Assembly (NCBI GenBank): GCA_964612715.1
Contig: CAZTCY010000004.1
Span: 1,989 to 65,988 of the forward strand
Direction of reading: 5' to 3'
DNA from: an uncultured Nitrosomonas sp.
GTDB lineage: Bacteria; Pseudomonadota; Gammaproteobacteria; Burkholderiales; Nitrosomonadaceae
DNA: 64,000 bases
Program-made: the position numbers and the translations under genes
Shown here: in pieces, positions 18,080 to 27,767 of the stretch
Layout of the letters: every line of letters begins with the position of its first letter
Position numbering within the stretch: position 1 is the stretch's first letter
Notes under the pieces: generated by a model
Databases searched by the model: none
Seen by the model: the letters and a program-made list of their open reading frames with translations, nothing else
Told to the model about the DNA's origin: nothing

Positions 18080-18287
18080 ATATTGGGCTTGCGATAAATT
18101 GTTAAGAAATTGTTAAAAGTTAGTTAAAAACTAATTCAATGATTACTGAATAATGACCGCTAGCACAGTGCTTATCCATTCGCCTATCCATTGAACAGGA
18201 ATCTCATGGTTTGCACGCGGTTACGTCTTGCACACTAGTATTCATCCACATATTCAAACCCTTCCTGATGTTTTGATCCTAAAAATT

Positions 18288-18306
18288 AATAATAATAATT
18301 CTTATT
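18288..18306. promoter_or_regulatory. Candidate Fur box (AATAATAATAATTCTTATT)
   Basis: 14 of 19 matches to GATAATGATAATCATTATC, about 110 nt upstream of the Fiu-like receptor start. The sequence is low-complexity (AAT repeats), so the match is weak evidence. Confidence 0.3.
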
Positions 18307-18416
18307 TGTGTTATATTTACGCTAATTTTTCGTTAAATTTACGTTAAATCTACATTAGATTTACAATGTAAGCACTTGATTTTTAACTAACTAAATAAAA
18401 AAACACTACGGAGATA

Positions 18417-20642
18417 ATGGAAATGAAAATGGCAAAAATAGACCGTCCATGGGACATATTCCCAATAAAACCGGCTGTGTCCGCATTGGCACTGGCTTTC
18501 GGCGGAATGGCAAATGCGAACGAGCAGTCACTGGTACTGCCCGAAATCGAGGTTAAAGCGCTCAAAAGCAATGAAAGAAGTAATGCTTATAAAGCAGAGA
18601 AATCGGACAATCAAAAATTCACCGCCCCACTGATCGACATGCCTAAATCAATTACTGTGATTACCGATGAGGTCATCAAGGATACGGGTTCACTGTCACT
18701 TCAGGATGCTTTGCGAACAACGCCGGGTATTACTTTTGGTAGTGGTGAGGGCGGTATCGCAACAGGTGACCGCCCGTTTATTCGTGGATTTGACGCTTTT
18801 TCATCGATTTTCGTAGATGGTTTGCGTGATCTGGGCACTCAAACACGTGAGATATTCGCAGTCGAACAAATGGAAGTGCTGAAAGGCCCAAGTGGCGCTT
18901 TTGATGGCCGAGGCTCTGCCGGGGGTAGTATCAATATCGTTACCAAACAAGCAAGAGCCGGGAATTTTATGACCGGATCCGCTGGCTTTGGGAGTGACAA
19001 ATTCGTGCGCGGAACCGTCGATGTTAACCGTATGATTAGTGATAATGTCGCCGTTCGGATAGTCGGTATGGGGCATACAGCAGATACACCCGGACGCGAT
19101 AATGTCAATGTACAGCGTTGGGGGGTGATGCCATCTGTCACACTGGGTTTGAATACACCGACCAGCGCCACACTGAGCTGGTATCACCTGGAAACGGATG
19201 ATCGCTCAGACTGGGGTATTCCATATGTTCAGAACGCCGCCAATGCCGCTGTTCCGGAAGGTAAGCCGGTGGGTCCGCGGGATGCCTGGTATGGCGTTAA
19301 AGGCCGGGATTTCCATGACACTCAAGCGGATATCGGTACATTTAAGCTTTCGCATGCCTTCAACGACAATCTGATAGTACGTAATACCACGCGCTATGGC
19401 ATAACAAGCAACGAAATTTTTGTGGGACGTCCCAATATCAGCAGCGCTCAGCTCGCAGATGGTTTCGTGGATAGAACTAATTCCAGAAACCGTGGCACCG
19501 AAACTGAGACGATTGCCAATTTGACGGATGTGTCATTTAAATTCGATACCGGCCCCGTTAAGCATAATTTAAATGCGGGTGTCGAAGTAAGCTGGGAAGA
19601 TTATTCGAACCGTGCCTATACGGGCGGTGCGATCACCAATGCAGGTGACCGCCTGACACCGATCAACAACCCTGATCCCAATGTTGCTTTTGACCGCGTT
19701 GTCCGGAATAACCACCCCAGTACTGAAATGAAGGCGGATAATCAATCTGTCTACATATTTGACAGCATGGATCTGACAGAGAAGTTGTTGCTGAATGCGG
19801 GCGTTCGTTTTGACCATTACCGTGTCAGAGCGCATAACTTCAATGTCGATACAGGTGCGAATACCTCTAGTTTCACGAATGATAAGAGTTTCTTCAATTA
19901 TCAGGCGGGCGCAGTTTACAAGGTGCTGCCTAATGCGAACGTCTACGCATCCTTCGCGACTTCATCTTCGCCGATAGGTTTGGCGATGGGTGATTTCGGC
20001 TACGCGGGCAGTGCTTTAGACGCAAATACACAGAACCTGAAACCCGAGCGTACTGAGACTTATGAAGTGGGTACCAAATGGAATGTAATGCGTGATTTAG
20101 CCGTTACCTTAGCCGGATTCCATACCAAAAAAACCAATGCGCGTGTGAATACCGGTCTGAACATTGAGAATGTGGGCGAAGCCGAAGTAAACGGTATGGA
20201 ACTGGGTCTGGCAGGTAGTATTACTGACAAATGGAACATATTTGGCGGTTATACTTTTCTGGATGCCGAGCAAACTAAGGTTGGTGACAGCACTGATCCG
20301 AATGCGGTTGGCTCAGCCAGCAGTAAAGGTAAACGACTGCATGGCACCCCGGAGCACGCTGCCAGCGTGTGGACGACCTATGAGATATTTCCACGTTTTA
20401 CGTTAGGCGGCGGTGCATTCTACAAGGGCAGAGTGTACTCTGACCCGAGCAATAACGGTTATATGCCTGCCTACGTGCGCTTTGACTTAATGGCGAAATA
20501 TGCCATCAACAGGAATCTGGATCTTCAGCTGAATGTTCAGAATCTGACGGATAAACGGTATTTCGACACAACCTACTTCCGTCACTATGCCATACCCGCA
20601 CCGGGACGCTTTGCGTTTGTTAATTTGATCCTTAAGATGTAG
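18417..20642 (+). CDS. TonB-dependent catecholate-siderophore receptor (Fiu/PiuA-like)
   Basis: Plug motifs (SITVITDEVIKDTGSLSLQDALRTTPGITFG, MEVLKGPSG) and a large barrel. Followed by a PiuC/YbiX-type hydroxylase, as in E. coli fiu-ybiX and P. aeruginosa piuA-piuC. The start could also be ATG 18423 or 18429. Confidence 0.9.
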   Translation: MEMKMAKIDRPWDIFPIKPAVSALALAFGGMANANEQSLVLPEIEVKALKSNERSNAYKAEKSDNQKFTAPLIDMPKSITVITDEVIKDTGSLSLQDALRTTPGITFGSGEGGIATGDRPFIRGFDAFSSIFVDGLRDLGTQTREIFAVEQMEVLKGPSGAFDGRGSAGGSINIVTKQARAGNFMTGSAGFGSDKFVRGTVDVNRMISDNVAVRIVGMGHTADTPGRDNVNVQRWGVMPSVTLGLNTPTSATLSWYHLETDDRSDWGIPYVQNAANAAVPEGKPVGPRDAWYGVKGRDFHDTQADIGTFKLSHAFNDNLIVRNTTRYGITSNEIFVGRPNISSAQLADGFVDRTNSRNRGTETETIANLTDVSFKFDTGPVKHNLNAGVEVSWEDYSNRAYTGGAITNAGDRLTPINNPDPNVAFDRVVRNNHPSTEMKADNQSVYIFDSMDLTEKLLLNAGVRFDHYRVRAHNFNVDTGANTSSFTNDKSFFNYQAGAVYKVLPNANVYASFATSSSPIGLAMGDFGYAGSALDANTQNLKPERTETYEVGTKWNVMRDLAVTLAGFHTKKTNARVNTGLNIENVGEAEVNGMELGLAGSITDKWNIFGGYTFLDAEQTKVGDSTDPNAVGSASSKGKRLHGTPEHAASVWTTYEIFPRFTLGGGAFYKGRVYSDPSNNGYMPAYVRFDLMAKYAINRNLDLQLNVQNLTDKRYFDTTYFRHYAIPAPGRFAFVNLILKM

Positions 20643-20649
20643 TAACCAG

Positions 20650-20679
20650 CGAGCACCTGATTGGTGCTCGTTTAGTTTA
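20650..20679 (+). terminator. Rho-independent terminator-like hairpin after the Fiu-like receptor
   Basis: Stem CGAGCACC / GGTGCTCG (8 bp), loop TGATT, followed by TTTAGTTTA. Confidence 0.6.
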
Positions 20680-20699
20680 TTCAATCAATGCTTTAACGT

Positions 20700-20740
20700 A
20701 ATCTCTGCGGGAGCACGCTGCCGCAGAGATTATTTCTTTG
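20700..20740 (+). terminator. Second hairpin: 11-bp perfect stem AATCTCTGCGG / CCGCAGAGATT
   Basis: 10-nt loop GAGCACGCTG, followed by the T-rich ATTTCTTTG. Lies between the receptor and the hydroxylase gene. Confidence 0.5.
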
Positions 20741-20786
20741 TGGATTGCGTTTACAATATCAATTTTGTGTCAAAAAGGTTTTCAAA

Positions 20787-21470
20787 ATGCTCCTGACTAT
20801 TCCGGATGTACTCACAAAAGCACAAGTTGCAGAATGCAGAAAGTTGATGGATCAGGCTGAATGGGTGGATGGTAATGTAACATCAGGGCACCTGTCGGCG
20901 CTGGCCAAAAATAATATGCAACTGCCCGAGGAATCGGATACCGCACGCAAAATTGGTGAATTTATTCTGGATGCTATCGGCATGAGCCCCTTGTTCATCT
21001 CTGCGGCTTTACCGTTAAAAGTATTTCCGCCGTTGTTCAATCGTTATGAAAGCGGACAGTCATTCGGCACGCATGTGGATAATGCGATCCGCCAGTTGCG
21101 CGGGACAAATTTCCGGATTCGTAGTGATCTCTCCGCAACACTGTTTTTTTCTGAACCGGAAGATTATGACGGTGGCGCACTAACAATAGAGGATACATTT
21201 GGCGTGCAAGCGGTAAAACTGCCTGCCGGTTCCATGGTGCTGTATCCCTCAAGCAGCTTGCATCATGTCACACCGGTAACGCGCGGCGCGCGCGTATCTT
21301 CATTTTTCTGGATGCAGAGCATGGTGCGCAATGATGCACATCGTACACTGCTATTCCAGCTGGATAACGCGATACAGAAACTCACAGTCGACCGTGGCGG
21401 CAAAGATCCTGAAGTGATCAGTCTGTCCGGGGTATATCATAACTTGCTGAGAATGTGGGCAGACAGCTGA
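20787..21470 (+). CDS. piuC: Fe(II)/2-oxoglutarate-dependent PKHD-type hydroxylase (PiuC/YbiX family)
   Basis: The N-terminus [34 protein letters not shown] parallels YbiX. Contains the HxD...H facial triad region (GTHVDNA ... [11 protein letters not shown]). Start trimmed to ATG 20787. Confidence 0.85.
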   Translation: MLLTIPDVLTKAQVAECRKLMDQAEWVDGNVTSGHLSALAKNNMQLPEESDTARKIGEFILDAIGMSPLFISAALPLKVFPPLFNRYESGQSFGTHVDNAIRQLRGTNFRIRSDLSATLFFSEPEDYDGGALTIEDTFGVQAVKLPAGSMVLYPSSSLHHVTPVTRGARVSSFFWMQSMVRNDAHRTLLFQLDNAIQKLTVDRGGKDPEVISLSGVYHNLLRMWADS

Positions 21471-21529
21471 TTTCAAAACGATATCCGGAAGATATGAATA
21501 ATAATAGACTTTTATCTGTGAAAAGGCTG

Positions 21530-22240
21530 CTATGGCTGAACTTCGACGATGCTGTTATGCCTCGCCAAACCACTGATAATGCGTCCACCCGGATTACGCA
21601 CCTGCAACACCTGTCCATCGAATGCATCCGACAATGCCTGGCCTTCTGAACTGACACTGAATCCCCGCCCTACCACCGTCAGCTTTACATTCTGCCCTCT
21701 CAAAATAATGAAAGGTTCGCGAACCATATTCGGTCGCACGGGTTGGCCGGCGGTGATATTTACTGCGGCAATTTTTCCCACGGCTTGCGAATGTTCTGTA
21801 AAAACACCTTCCGGGAATTGCGCCAGATTAACCATCTGCAAGGATACATCGTCGAATCCGATGGTCTGGTCACGCGCAACCGGCCGGGCTACATAGAGCA
21901 CATTGGTCATGATTCTGACTTCTGCGGGCACGTAAATGGTCCAGCCGAATTCACCGTCGCACCGCACACCCACCGAAGTTTTTCCCCATAACCGGCTGCC
22001 GGGCGGTATAAAGGGCTCCAAACGGGAACATTTAGGCAACGTAATGCGATTGTCAATCTGGCCCACTTCGACTTGAACAGCTGCGTTAGGATTAATCGTA
22101 TGGCTGTAGATAAAGTCTTTTACCGCATTTTGTATTAAAGAAATGTCCTGATATTGCGATAAGGTGTTTTCAGCAGACAAATGGAAGGATATTTTAATAA
22201 GGAGAAGAAAAACCAGTGATTTTAATAACCTGTTACGCAT
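21530..22240 (-). CDS. flgA: Flagellar basal-body P-ring formation chaperone FlgA
   Basis: Signal peptide, SAF-like C-terminal region, and the conserved position divergent from flgB. Confidence 0.85.
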   Translation of the reverse strand: MRNRLLKSLVFLLLIKISFHLSAENTLSQYQDISLIQNAVKDFIYSHTINPNAAVQVEVGQIDNRITLPKCSRLEPFIPPGSRLWGKTSVGVRCDGEFGWTIYVPAEVRIMTNVLYVARPVARDQTIGFDDVSLQMVNLAQFPEGVFTEHSQAVGKIAAVNITAGQPVRPNMVREPFIILRGQNVKLTVVGRGFSVSSEGQALSDAFDGQVLQVRNPGGRIISGLARHNSIVEVQP

Positions 22241-22441
22241 TATGAGTTCCTGGAATACATGCTGTTACGACAGTTATTGACAGTCAGAACATCTTAAAAC
22301 GATATGACATCCTGAATCATTCAAGTAAAGGGTGATTTCCGGTTTTGTTCTCAAATTCATCCACCGTAAAAATACCCTAGCATAGCAGACCATACGACTA
22401 CTTCAACCGGCCTGCAGTACATCAGGCCATTTCCAGCGAGA

Positions 22442-22852
22442 ATGGGTATGATCAGCAAGTTAGACAAAACACTTAATTTTCATCATCAGGCTCTGGGGCT
22501 CAGAGCGGCAAGGCAAGAACTGCTCGCCAGCAACATTGCCAATTCGGATACACCGAATTTTAAAGCCAAGGACATTGATTTCTCAGGCGTGTTGCGTGAA
22601 AAACTGTCCGCATCGCTTCCGGCAACCGCACTCAATACAACCTCGCCGCTGCATATCAGTAACGGTAAGGATCATGGCATTGGTAACAGCACGCTTTACC
22701 GTATCCCCATGCAGCCCAGTATCGATGGAAATACGGTGGATATGGATTCGGAACGCACCCGCTTTGCGGATAATTCAATTCAATATGACGCGAGCATAAC
22801 GTTCATCAATATGCAATTCAGAAATCTGATGACCGCGATACAGGAGCGATAA
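22442..22852 (+). CDS. flgB: Flagellar basal-body rod protein FlgB
   Basis: N-terminal rod motif LLASNIANSDTPNFKAKD. First gene of the flgB-L order. Confidence 0.9.
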   Translation: MGMISKLDKTLNFHHQALGLRAARQELLASNIANSDTPNFKAKDIDFSGVLREKLSASLPATALNTTSPLHISNGKDHGIGNSTLYRIPMQPSIDGNTVDMDSERTRFADNSIQYDASITFINMQFRNLMTAIQER

Positions 22853-22854
22853 TC

Positions 22855-23259
22855 ATGTCTTTATTCAAAGTTTTTAACATTGCAAGTTCGGCAATGACCG
22901 CGCAATCCCACCGTCTGAATGTCGTCGCCAGCAATCTTTCCAACGCGGATAGTGTCACCGATTCTTCCGGCGAACCTTACCGTGGGCGGCAGGTGGTATT
23001 CAGCACACTCAAAGCGGATGAAAATGGCGCCAGCGGTGTCAGAGTCGCCGGGGTTGTGCATGATGCGTCACCCATGAAAAAAGTTTTTGAGCCGCATCAT
23101 CCACTCGCGGATCAGGACGGCTACATTATCAAACCCAATGTCAATGTTGTCGATGAAATGGTCAATATGATGTCGGCATCGCGTTCTTATCAGAATAACG
23201 TGGACATGATGAACACAACCAAGTCTTTACTGCAGAAAACACTCACTATCGGTCAATAG
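22855..23259 (+). CDS. flgC: Flagellar basal-body rod protein FlgC
   Basis: VVASNLSNADSV motif, C-terminal SRSYQNNV, 134 aa. Confidence 0.92.
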   Translation: MSLFKVFNIASSAMTAQSHRLNVVASNLSNADSVTDSSGEPYRGRQVVFSTLKADENGASGVRVAGVVHDASPMKKVFEPHHPLADQDGYIIKPNVNVVDEMVNMMSASRSYQNNVDMMNTTKSLLQKTLTIGQ

Positions 23260-23272
23260 AAGGTAAATCACC

Positions 23273-23947
23273 ATGAGTTCAGTTCAGGAAACCAACAGAC
23301 AAGCATCTCCAGTAGTTACAACAGCGACAACAGGCACGTCTTCCACTAAAGACAGTGTCGAAAATCCACAAGACCGGTTCCTCAAGCTGCTGGTCACACA
23401 AATGAAAAATCAAAACCCGCTTAAGCCGCTTGATAATGCGGAAGTCACCAGTCAACTGGCACAAATCAGCACCGTCACCGGTATCGAAAAACTCAACGGC
23501 ACGCTGCAGAAACTGCTTTCCGGCGTTGAAGACAGCCGCGTTGTGGAAGCAGCCAATTTGATCGGACACAAGGTATTGGTCCCCGGAGATACATTGTCGC
23601 TTGAAAACAGCGTTGCGGTGGGAGGATTCGAACTGACGCAACCCGTTGACGAAATGACCATCACTATTCTGGATGGCTCAGGTATCGCAGTACACACGAT
23701 ACCGCGTGGCGCACAACCTGCCGGCATCAATACATTTATGTGGGACGGCATAACCAGCAGCGGCACCCCGGTGGCCGATGGCAATTATACCTTTGCCATC
23801 AGCGCAAAACAGGGCGATAAGGAAATCACCGCCAATCCGCTCGCGCTGGGTTTAGTCAACAGTGTCTCGCCCGGTGAGCATGATGCAATACTTGACATGG
23901 GCAAACTTGGACTTTTCGGCATGGCCGACATTAAACAGATTTTTTAG
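23273..23947 (+). CDS. flgD: Flagellar hook capping/assembly protein FlgD
   Basis: FLKLLVTQMKNQNPLKPLD motif and its position in the operon. Confidence 0.9.
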   Translation: MSSVQETNRQASPVVTTATTGTSSTKDSVENPQDRFLKLLVTQMKNQNPLKPLDNAEVTSQLAQISTVTGIEKLNGTLQKLLSGVEDSRVVEAANLIGHKVLVPGDTLSLENSVAVGGFELTQPVDEMTITILDGSGIAVHTIPRGAQPAGINTFMWDGITSSGTPVADGNYTFAISAKQGDKEITANPLALGLVNSVSPGEHDAILDMGKLGLFGMADIKQIF

Positions 23948-23963
23948 CAAAAAGGAGTAAATC

Positions 23964-25226
23964 ATGGGTTTTCAACATGGACTGAGTGGTCTTAACGCAG
24001 CGTCCCAGAGTCTTGATGTTATTGGTAATAACATCGCAAATGTCAATACCGTCGGTTTTAAGCAATCACAGGCGCAATTCGCGGATGTTTATGCCCGATC
24101 ATTATCAGGCGCAACCAGTGAAAGCAAAGGACTCGGTGCCACAGTCGCTGCTGTTGCGCAACAATTTTCACAAGGTGCAATATCCACATCGAACAATCCG
24201 CTGGATATCGCGATCAATGGCAACGGGTTCTTCCGCATGAGTGATAACGGCGCGATATCGTTCAGCCGTAATGGGCAATTCCATCTTGATAAAGACGGCT
24301 ACATCGTTAACAGTAACAATCTTAATTTAACCGGTTATGCAGCGGATGCAGAGGGGAAAGTATTTAATTCCACCCCGACTAATCTAAGAGTCTCGACAAC
24401 TGCATTACCGCCTCGTCCGACTTCAAGCTTTGGCCTGGAACTCAATCTGGATTCCAATACGCCTATACCCACACCACTTCCGGCTTTTAATGCGACAGAC
24501 CCAACCACCTATAACGGTACAACGTCAGGCACGATCTACGACAGTTTGGGAAATTCTCATGTGCTCTCATTGTATTTCCAGAAAAATGCGGCCAACACCT
24601 GGGATATGTATGCAACCGTTGACGGCGCATCGACACCCGCGGGTGTTCCAATCGGCATTACACTGGGCGGCGGTGCATCCCAGGCAATCACTTTCGATAG
24701 TAATGGTATTTTAACTGCACCCGCAACGCCTATTGCCGTATCGGTTGATCTGGCAACTATAGATCCGACAATTGGAGCAACATCACCACTCGACTTCACT
24801 TTCGATTTGAACAACTCAACCCAGTTTGGCACCGGATTTGGCGTCACTGAAATTACACAGGAGGGTTATACCGCAGGAACACTGGCCGGTTACACGATTA
24901 GCGCTGAAGGTTTTATTACCGGCAACTATACCAATGCTGAAACCAAAATACTGGGCCAAATCGCATTGGCCAATTTCACCAATCCACAGGGTTTAACACC
25001 GATTGGAAACAATTTATGGCTTGAAACGGCCGCATCCGGACAACCACTGGTTGGTGCGCCGGGTACCGGAACACTGGGCGTATTACGATCAGCAGCCGTT
25101 GAAGATTCCAATGTAGATCTGACCGCTGAACTGGTCAAAATGATCACGACACAGCGGACTTATCAGGCCAATGCCAAAACCATCGAGACTCAGGACGCTA
25201 TATTGCAAACTCTGGTTAATCTTTAG
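23964..25226 (+). CDS. flgE: Flagellar hook protein FlgE
   Basis: N-terminal GLSGLNAASQSLDVIGNNIANVNTVGFKQS and C-terminal MITTQRTYQANAKTI. Confidence 0.92.
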   Translation: MGFQHGLSGLNAASQSLDVIGNNIANVNTVGFKQSQAQFADVYARSLSGATSESKGLGATVAAVAQQFSQGAISTSNNPLDIAINGNGFFRMSDNGAISFSRNGQFHLDKDGYIVNSNNLNLTGYAADAEGKVFNSTPTNLRVSTTALPPRPTSSFGLELNLDSNTPIPTPLPAFNATDPTTYNGTTSGTIYDSLGNSHVLSLYFQKNAANTWDMYATVDGASTPAGVPIGITLGGGASQAITFDSNGILTAPATPIAVSVDLATIDPTIGATSPLDFTFDLNNSTQFGTGFGVTEITQEGYTAGTLAGYTISAEGFITGNYTNAETKILGQIALANFTNPQGLTPIGNNLWLETAASGQPLVGAPGTGTLGVLRSAAVEDSNVDLTAELVKMITTQRTYQANAKTIETQDAILQTLVNL

Positions 25227-25243
25227 TAGGACATAACCACTGA

Positions 25244-25385
25244 GAACCTGTTCATGATCTCACTGAAGGGCGCATTGCGGCGTTAAAATCGAACTCAAAA
25301 TGCTCACATACTTCAAAGTATGCTCCGCTTTTTCGTTCAATTTTGCCTTGCACTGCACCCCTTGATCAAGACCTTGAACAGATTC
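25244..25385. repeat. 142-nt imperfect palindrome (MITE/REP-like or structured RNA) in the flgE-flgF spacer
   Basis: The arms 25244-25314 and 25315-25385 are reverse complements at roughly two thirds of positions (manual alignment). The best-matching parts are the termini (GAACCTGTTCATGATCT vs AGACCTTGAACAGATTC) and the centre (CATACTTCAAAGTATG). Confidence 0.6.
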
Positions 25386-25404
25386 TAAGACATAGGCAAA
25401 CAAA

Positions 25405-26148
25405 ATGGATCGTTTAATCTATACCGCAATGTCAGGCGCAGTTCACGCGCTGAATCACAAAGCAAGCGTATCGCACAACCTGGCGAATGCATCCACTACC
25501 GGTTATCGTGCAGAAACAAGTGCATTTCGTGCCGTTCCCGTATATGGCGACGGCCTTCCCACACGCGCTTTTGTAATCGATTCAACAACTGGCGCAGATT
25601 TTACGCCAGGCCCCATACAACAGACCGATAGAAATCTTGACATTGCCATTCGTGGATCAGGATGGATTGCAGTGCAGCTGCCGAACGGTGAGGAAGCTTA
25701 TACACGTAATGGCAGTCTTCAAGTCAATTCGGCCGGGATTCTGCAAACGCATAACGGCCTGAATGTCAAAGGTGATTACGGCACCATTACGGTACCACTG
25801 GAAAATCGTATCACTATCGCGAAAGACGGCACGGTCTCTGCTGTACCGATAACCCCTTTGCCTAATACGGTATCTATTGTCGGCCGTATCAAATTAGTCG
25901 ATCCACCTGAAGGCCAACTGATTAAAGGCGCTGACGGATTATTTCGCATGAAAGATGGTACGACACCATTACCGGCAGCGCATGTCACACTCGTTGATGG
26001 CGCACTGGAAGGCAGTAATGTCAATCTTGTTCATGAAATGGTCAGCATGATTTCGCTTGCGCGTCAGTTTGATATGTACATGAAAATGCTGGAAAGCGCT
26101 GATCGCAATGCGCAACAGGCCAGTGAAATCCTGGTGGTCAGGGCATAA
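25405..26148 (+). CDS. flgF: Flagellar basal-body rod protein FlgF
   Basis: SHNLANASTTGYRA motif, C-terminal MISLARQFDM, and its position in the operon. Confidence 0.92.
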   Translation: MDRLIYTAMSGAVHALNHKASVSHNLANASTTGYRAETSAFRAVPVYGDGLPTRAFVIDSTTGADFTPGPIQQTDRNLDIAIRGSGWIAVQLPNGEEAYTRNGSLQVNSAGILQTHNGLNVKGDYGTITVPLENRITIAKDGTVSAVPITPLPNTVSIVGRIKLVDPPEGQLIKGADGLFRMKDGTTPLPAAHVTLVDGALEGSNVNLVHEMVSMISLARQFDMYMKMLESADRNAQQASEILVVRA

Positions 26149-26199
26149 GTTGTCAGCCAATGGCCACGCTCAATTGATACAGAAAAATCGGAGTAAATT

Positions 26200-26982
26200 A
26201 TGATACGTTCATTATGGATATCAAAAACCGGCCTTGACGCACAACAAACTAAAATGGATGTTGTCGCCAATAATCTGGCTAATGTCAGTACAAATGGATT
26301 CAAGCGCGCACGCGCGGTTTTCGAGGACCTGCTCTACCAGACGATACGCCAACCCGGAGCGCAATCGTCCCAGCAAACACAAATTCCTTCCGGGCTTCAA
26401 CTGGGTGTCGGCGTACGTCCGGTCGCCACAGAAAGCATTTTTACGCAAGGCAATCTGCAGCAAACCGGAAACTCACGTGATGTCGCGATACAAGGTGAAG
26501 GTTTTTTTCAGGTGCTGATGCCGGATGGCACAACCGCTTATACCCGGGACGGCGCATTTCAGTCTGACATTAACGGGCAGTTTGTCACATCCAGCGGCTA
26601 CGTCGTACAGCCCGCCATTACTGTTCCACCGAATACGCTCAGTATTACTATTGCACGCGACGGTACCGTTTCAGCACTGGTTCCCGGAGCACAGACGCCC
26701 ATACAGGTCGGCAATATCCAGCTGGCGAGTTTCATCAATCCAGCCGGTTTGCAGAAAATGGGGGAAAATCTTTATCTGGAAACAGCCTCCAGTGGCGTGG
26801 CTACGCCGAATGCTCCCGGCACCAATGGTTTAGGACTGCTTAACCAGGGTTTTGTAGAAACATCCAATGTCAATGTGGTGGAAGAATTGGTTGGCATGAT
26901 TCAGACGCAGCGCGCTTATGAAATCAATTCCAAATCCATAGAAACATCTGATCGCATGCTCCAAAGATTGACGCAATTATAA
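26200..26982 (+). CDS. flgG: Flagellar distal rod protein FlgG
   Basis: [36 protein letters not shown] and C-terminal [13 protein letters not shown]. Confidence 0.95.
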   Translation: MIRSLWISKTGLDAQQTKMDVVANNLANVSTNGFKRARAVFEDLLYQTIRQPGAQSSQQTQIPSGLQLGVGVRPVATESIFTQGNLQQTGNSRDVAIQGEGFFQVLMPDGTTAYTRDGAFQSDINGQFVTSSGYVVQPAITVPPNTLSITIARDGTVSALVPGAQTPIQVGNIQLASFINPAGLQKMGENLYLETASSGVATPNAPGTNGLGLLNQGFVETSNVNVVEELVGMIQTQRAYEINSKSIETSDRMLQRLTQL

Positions 26983-27009
26983 ATCCTGAATCATTTTCGG
27001 AGTCATCTC

Positions 27010-27720
27010 ATGGCACACTTTTTTGAACGACAAAATAACACGCTGGTTTTTTTATCGTTAGTCTTGTGTGCCCTATTACTCAGCGGATGCACAACACCAC
27101 CCGTAACGAGCGCATACCAGCCTTTTACGATACCGCCCAGAGAACCTCTTGTCATGAATGAAGCACATGGCGGCATCTTTCAGGCCGTCGGAAACATCCC
27201 CGGCAGGCGTTACACGCCGCTATTTGAAGATCGGCGCGCACGCGGTATCGGCGATACCATTATTGTTACCCTGAACGAAAGAACCAATGCACGCAAAAGC
27301 TCAGGCAGTAATGTTAACCGCTCAAGTGAAATGGGGTTTTCCATACCGACAGCCATCCTTGGGATACCGTTAAACTTCCTCGGTGGCACCGAGCTTGAAA
27401 CCGCATCAAACAATACATTCGACGGTAAAGGCGCCAGTTCAAGCAATAATGATTTCACTGGCACGATATCCGTAACTGTCATTGATGTTTTACCCAATGG
27501 CAATTTACTCGTGAGCGGTGAGAAACAGGTCGGTATCAACCAAGGCCATGAATTTATCCGCCTCTCAGGCGTTATCAATCCGATCAATGTCATTAATAAT
27601 ACTGTTTCATCGATACAGGTCGCTGATGCACGCATTGAGTATCGATCAAACGGTTATATCGATGAAGCACAGACAATGGGCTGGCTGTCGCGTTTCTTTC
27701 TCAATGTTTCACCTTTTTAA
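27010..27720 (+). CDS. flgH: Flagellar L-ring lipoprotein FlgH
   Basis: Lipobox LLLSGC. Motifs [14 protein letters not shown] and [13 protein letters not shown]. Confidence 0.92.
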   Translation: MAHFFERQNNTLVFLSLVLCALLLSGCTTPPVTSAYQPFTIPPREPLVMNEAHGGIFQAVGNIPGRRYTPLFEDRRARGIGDTIIVTLNERTNARKSSGSNVNRSSEMGFSIPTAILGIPLNFLGGTELETASNNTFDGKGASSSNNDFTGTISVTVIDVLPNGNLLVSGEKQVGINQGHEFIRLSGVINPINVINNTVSSIQVADARIEYRSNGYIDEAQTMGWLSRFFLNVSPF

Positions 27721-27767
27721 TACTTTAATTGCCACCTGAAAAAGAGAAGAGATCAGTGATCATTGCC

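Noticed and set aside
18315-18380. Three ATTTAC hexamers at an exact 22-bp spacing (18315, 18337, 18359) just upstream of the Fiu-like receptor
   Set aside because: Only the hexamer is shared between the 22-mers, and the region is very AT-rich, so chance recurrence is plausible. PvdS-type TAAAT-N16-CGT boxes did not fit.
22241-22441. Sigma-54 promoter in the flgA-flgB divergent region (TGGAATACATGCT)
   Set aside because: The GG and GC elements are 9 nt apart instead of the 12 required by TGGCAC-N5-TTGC.
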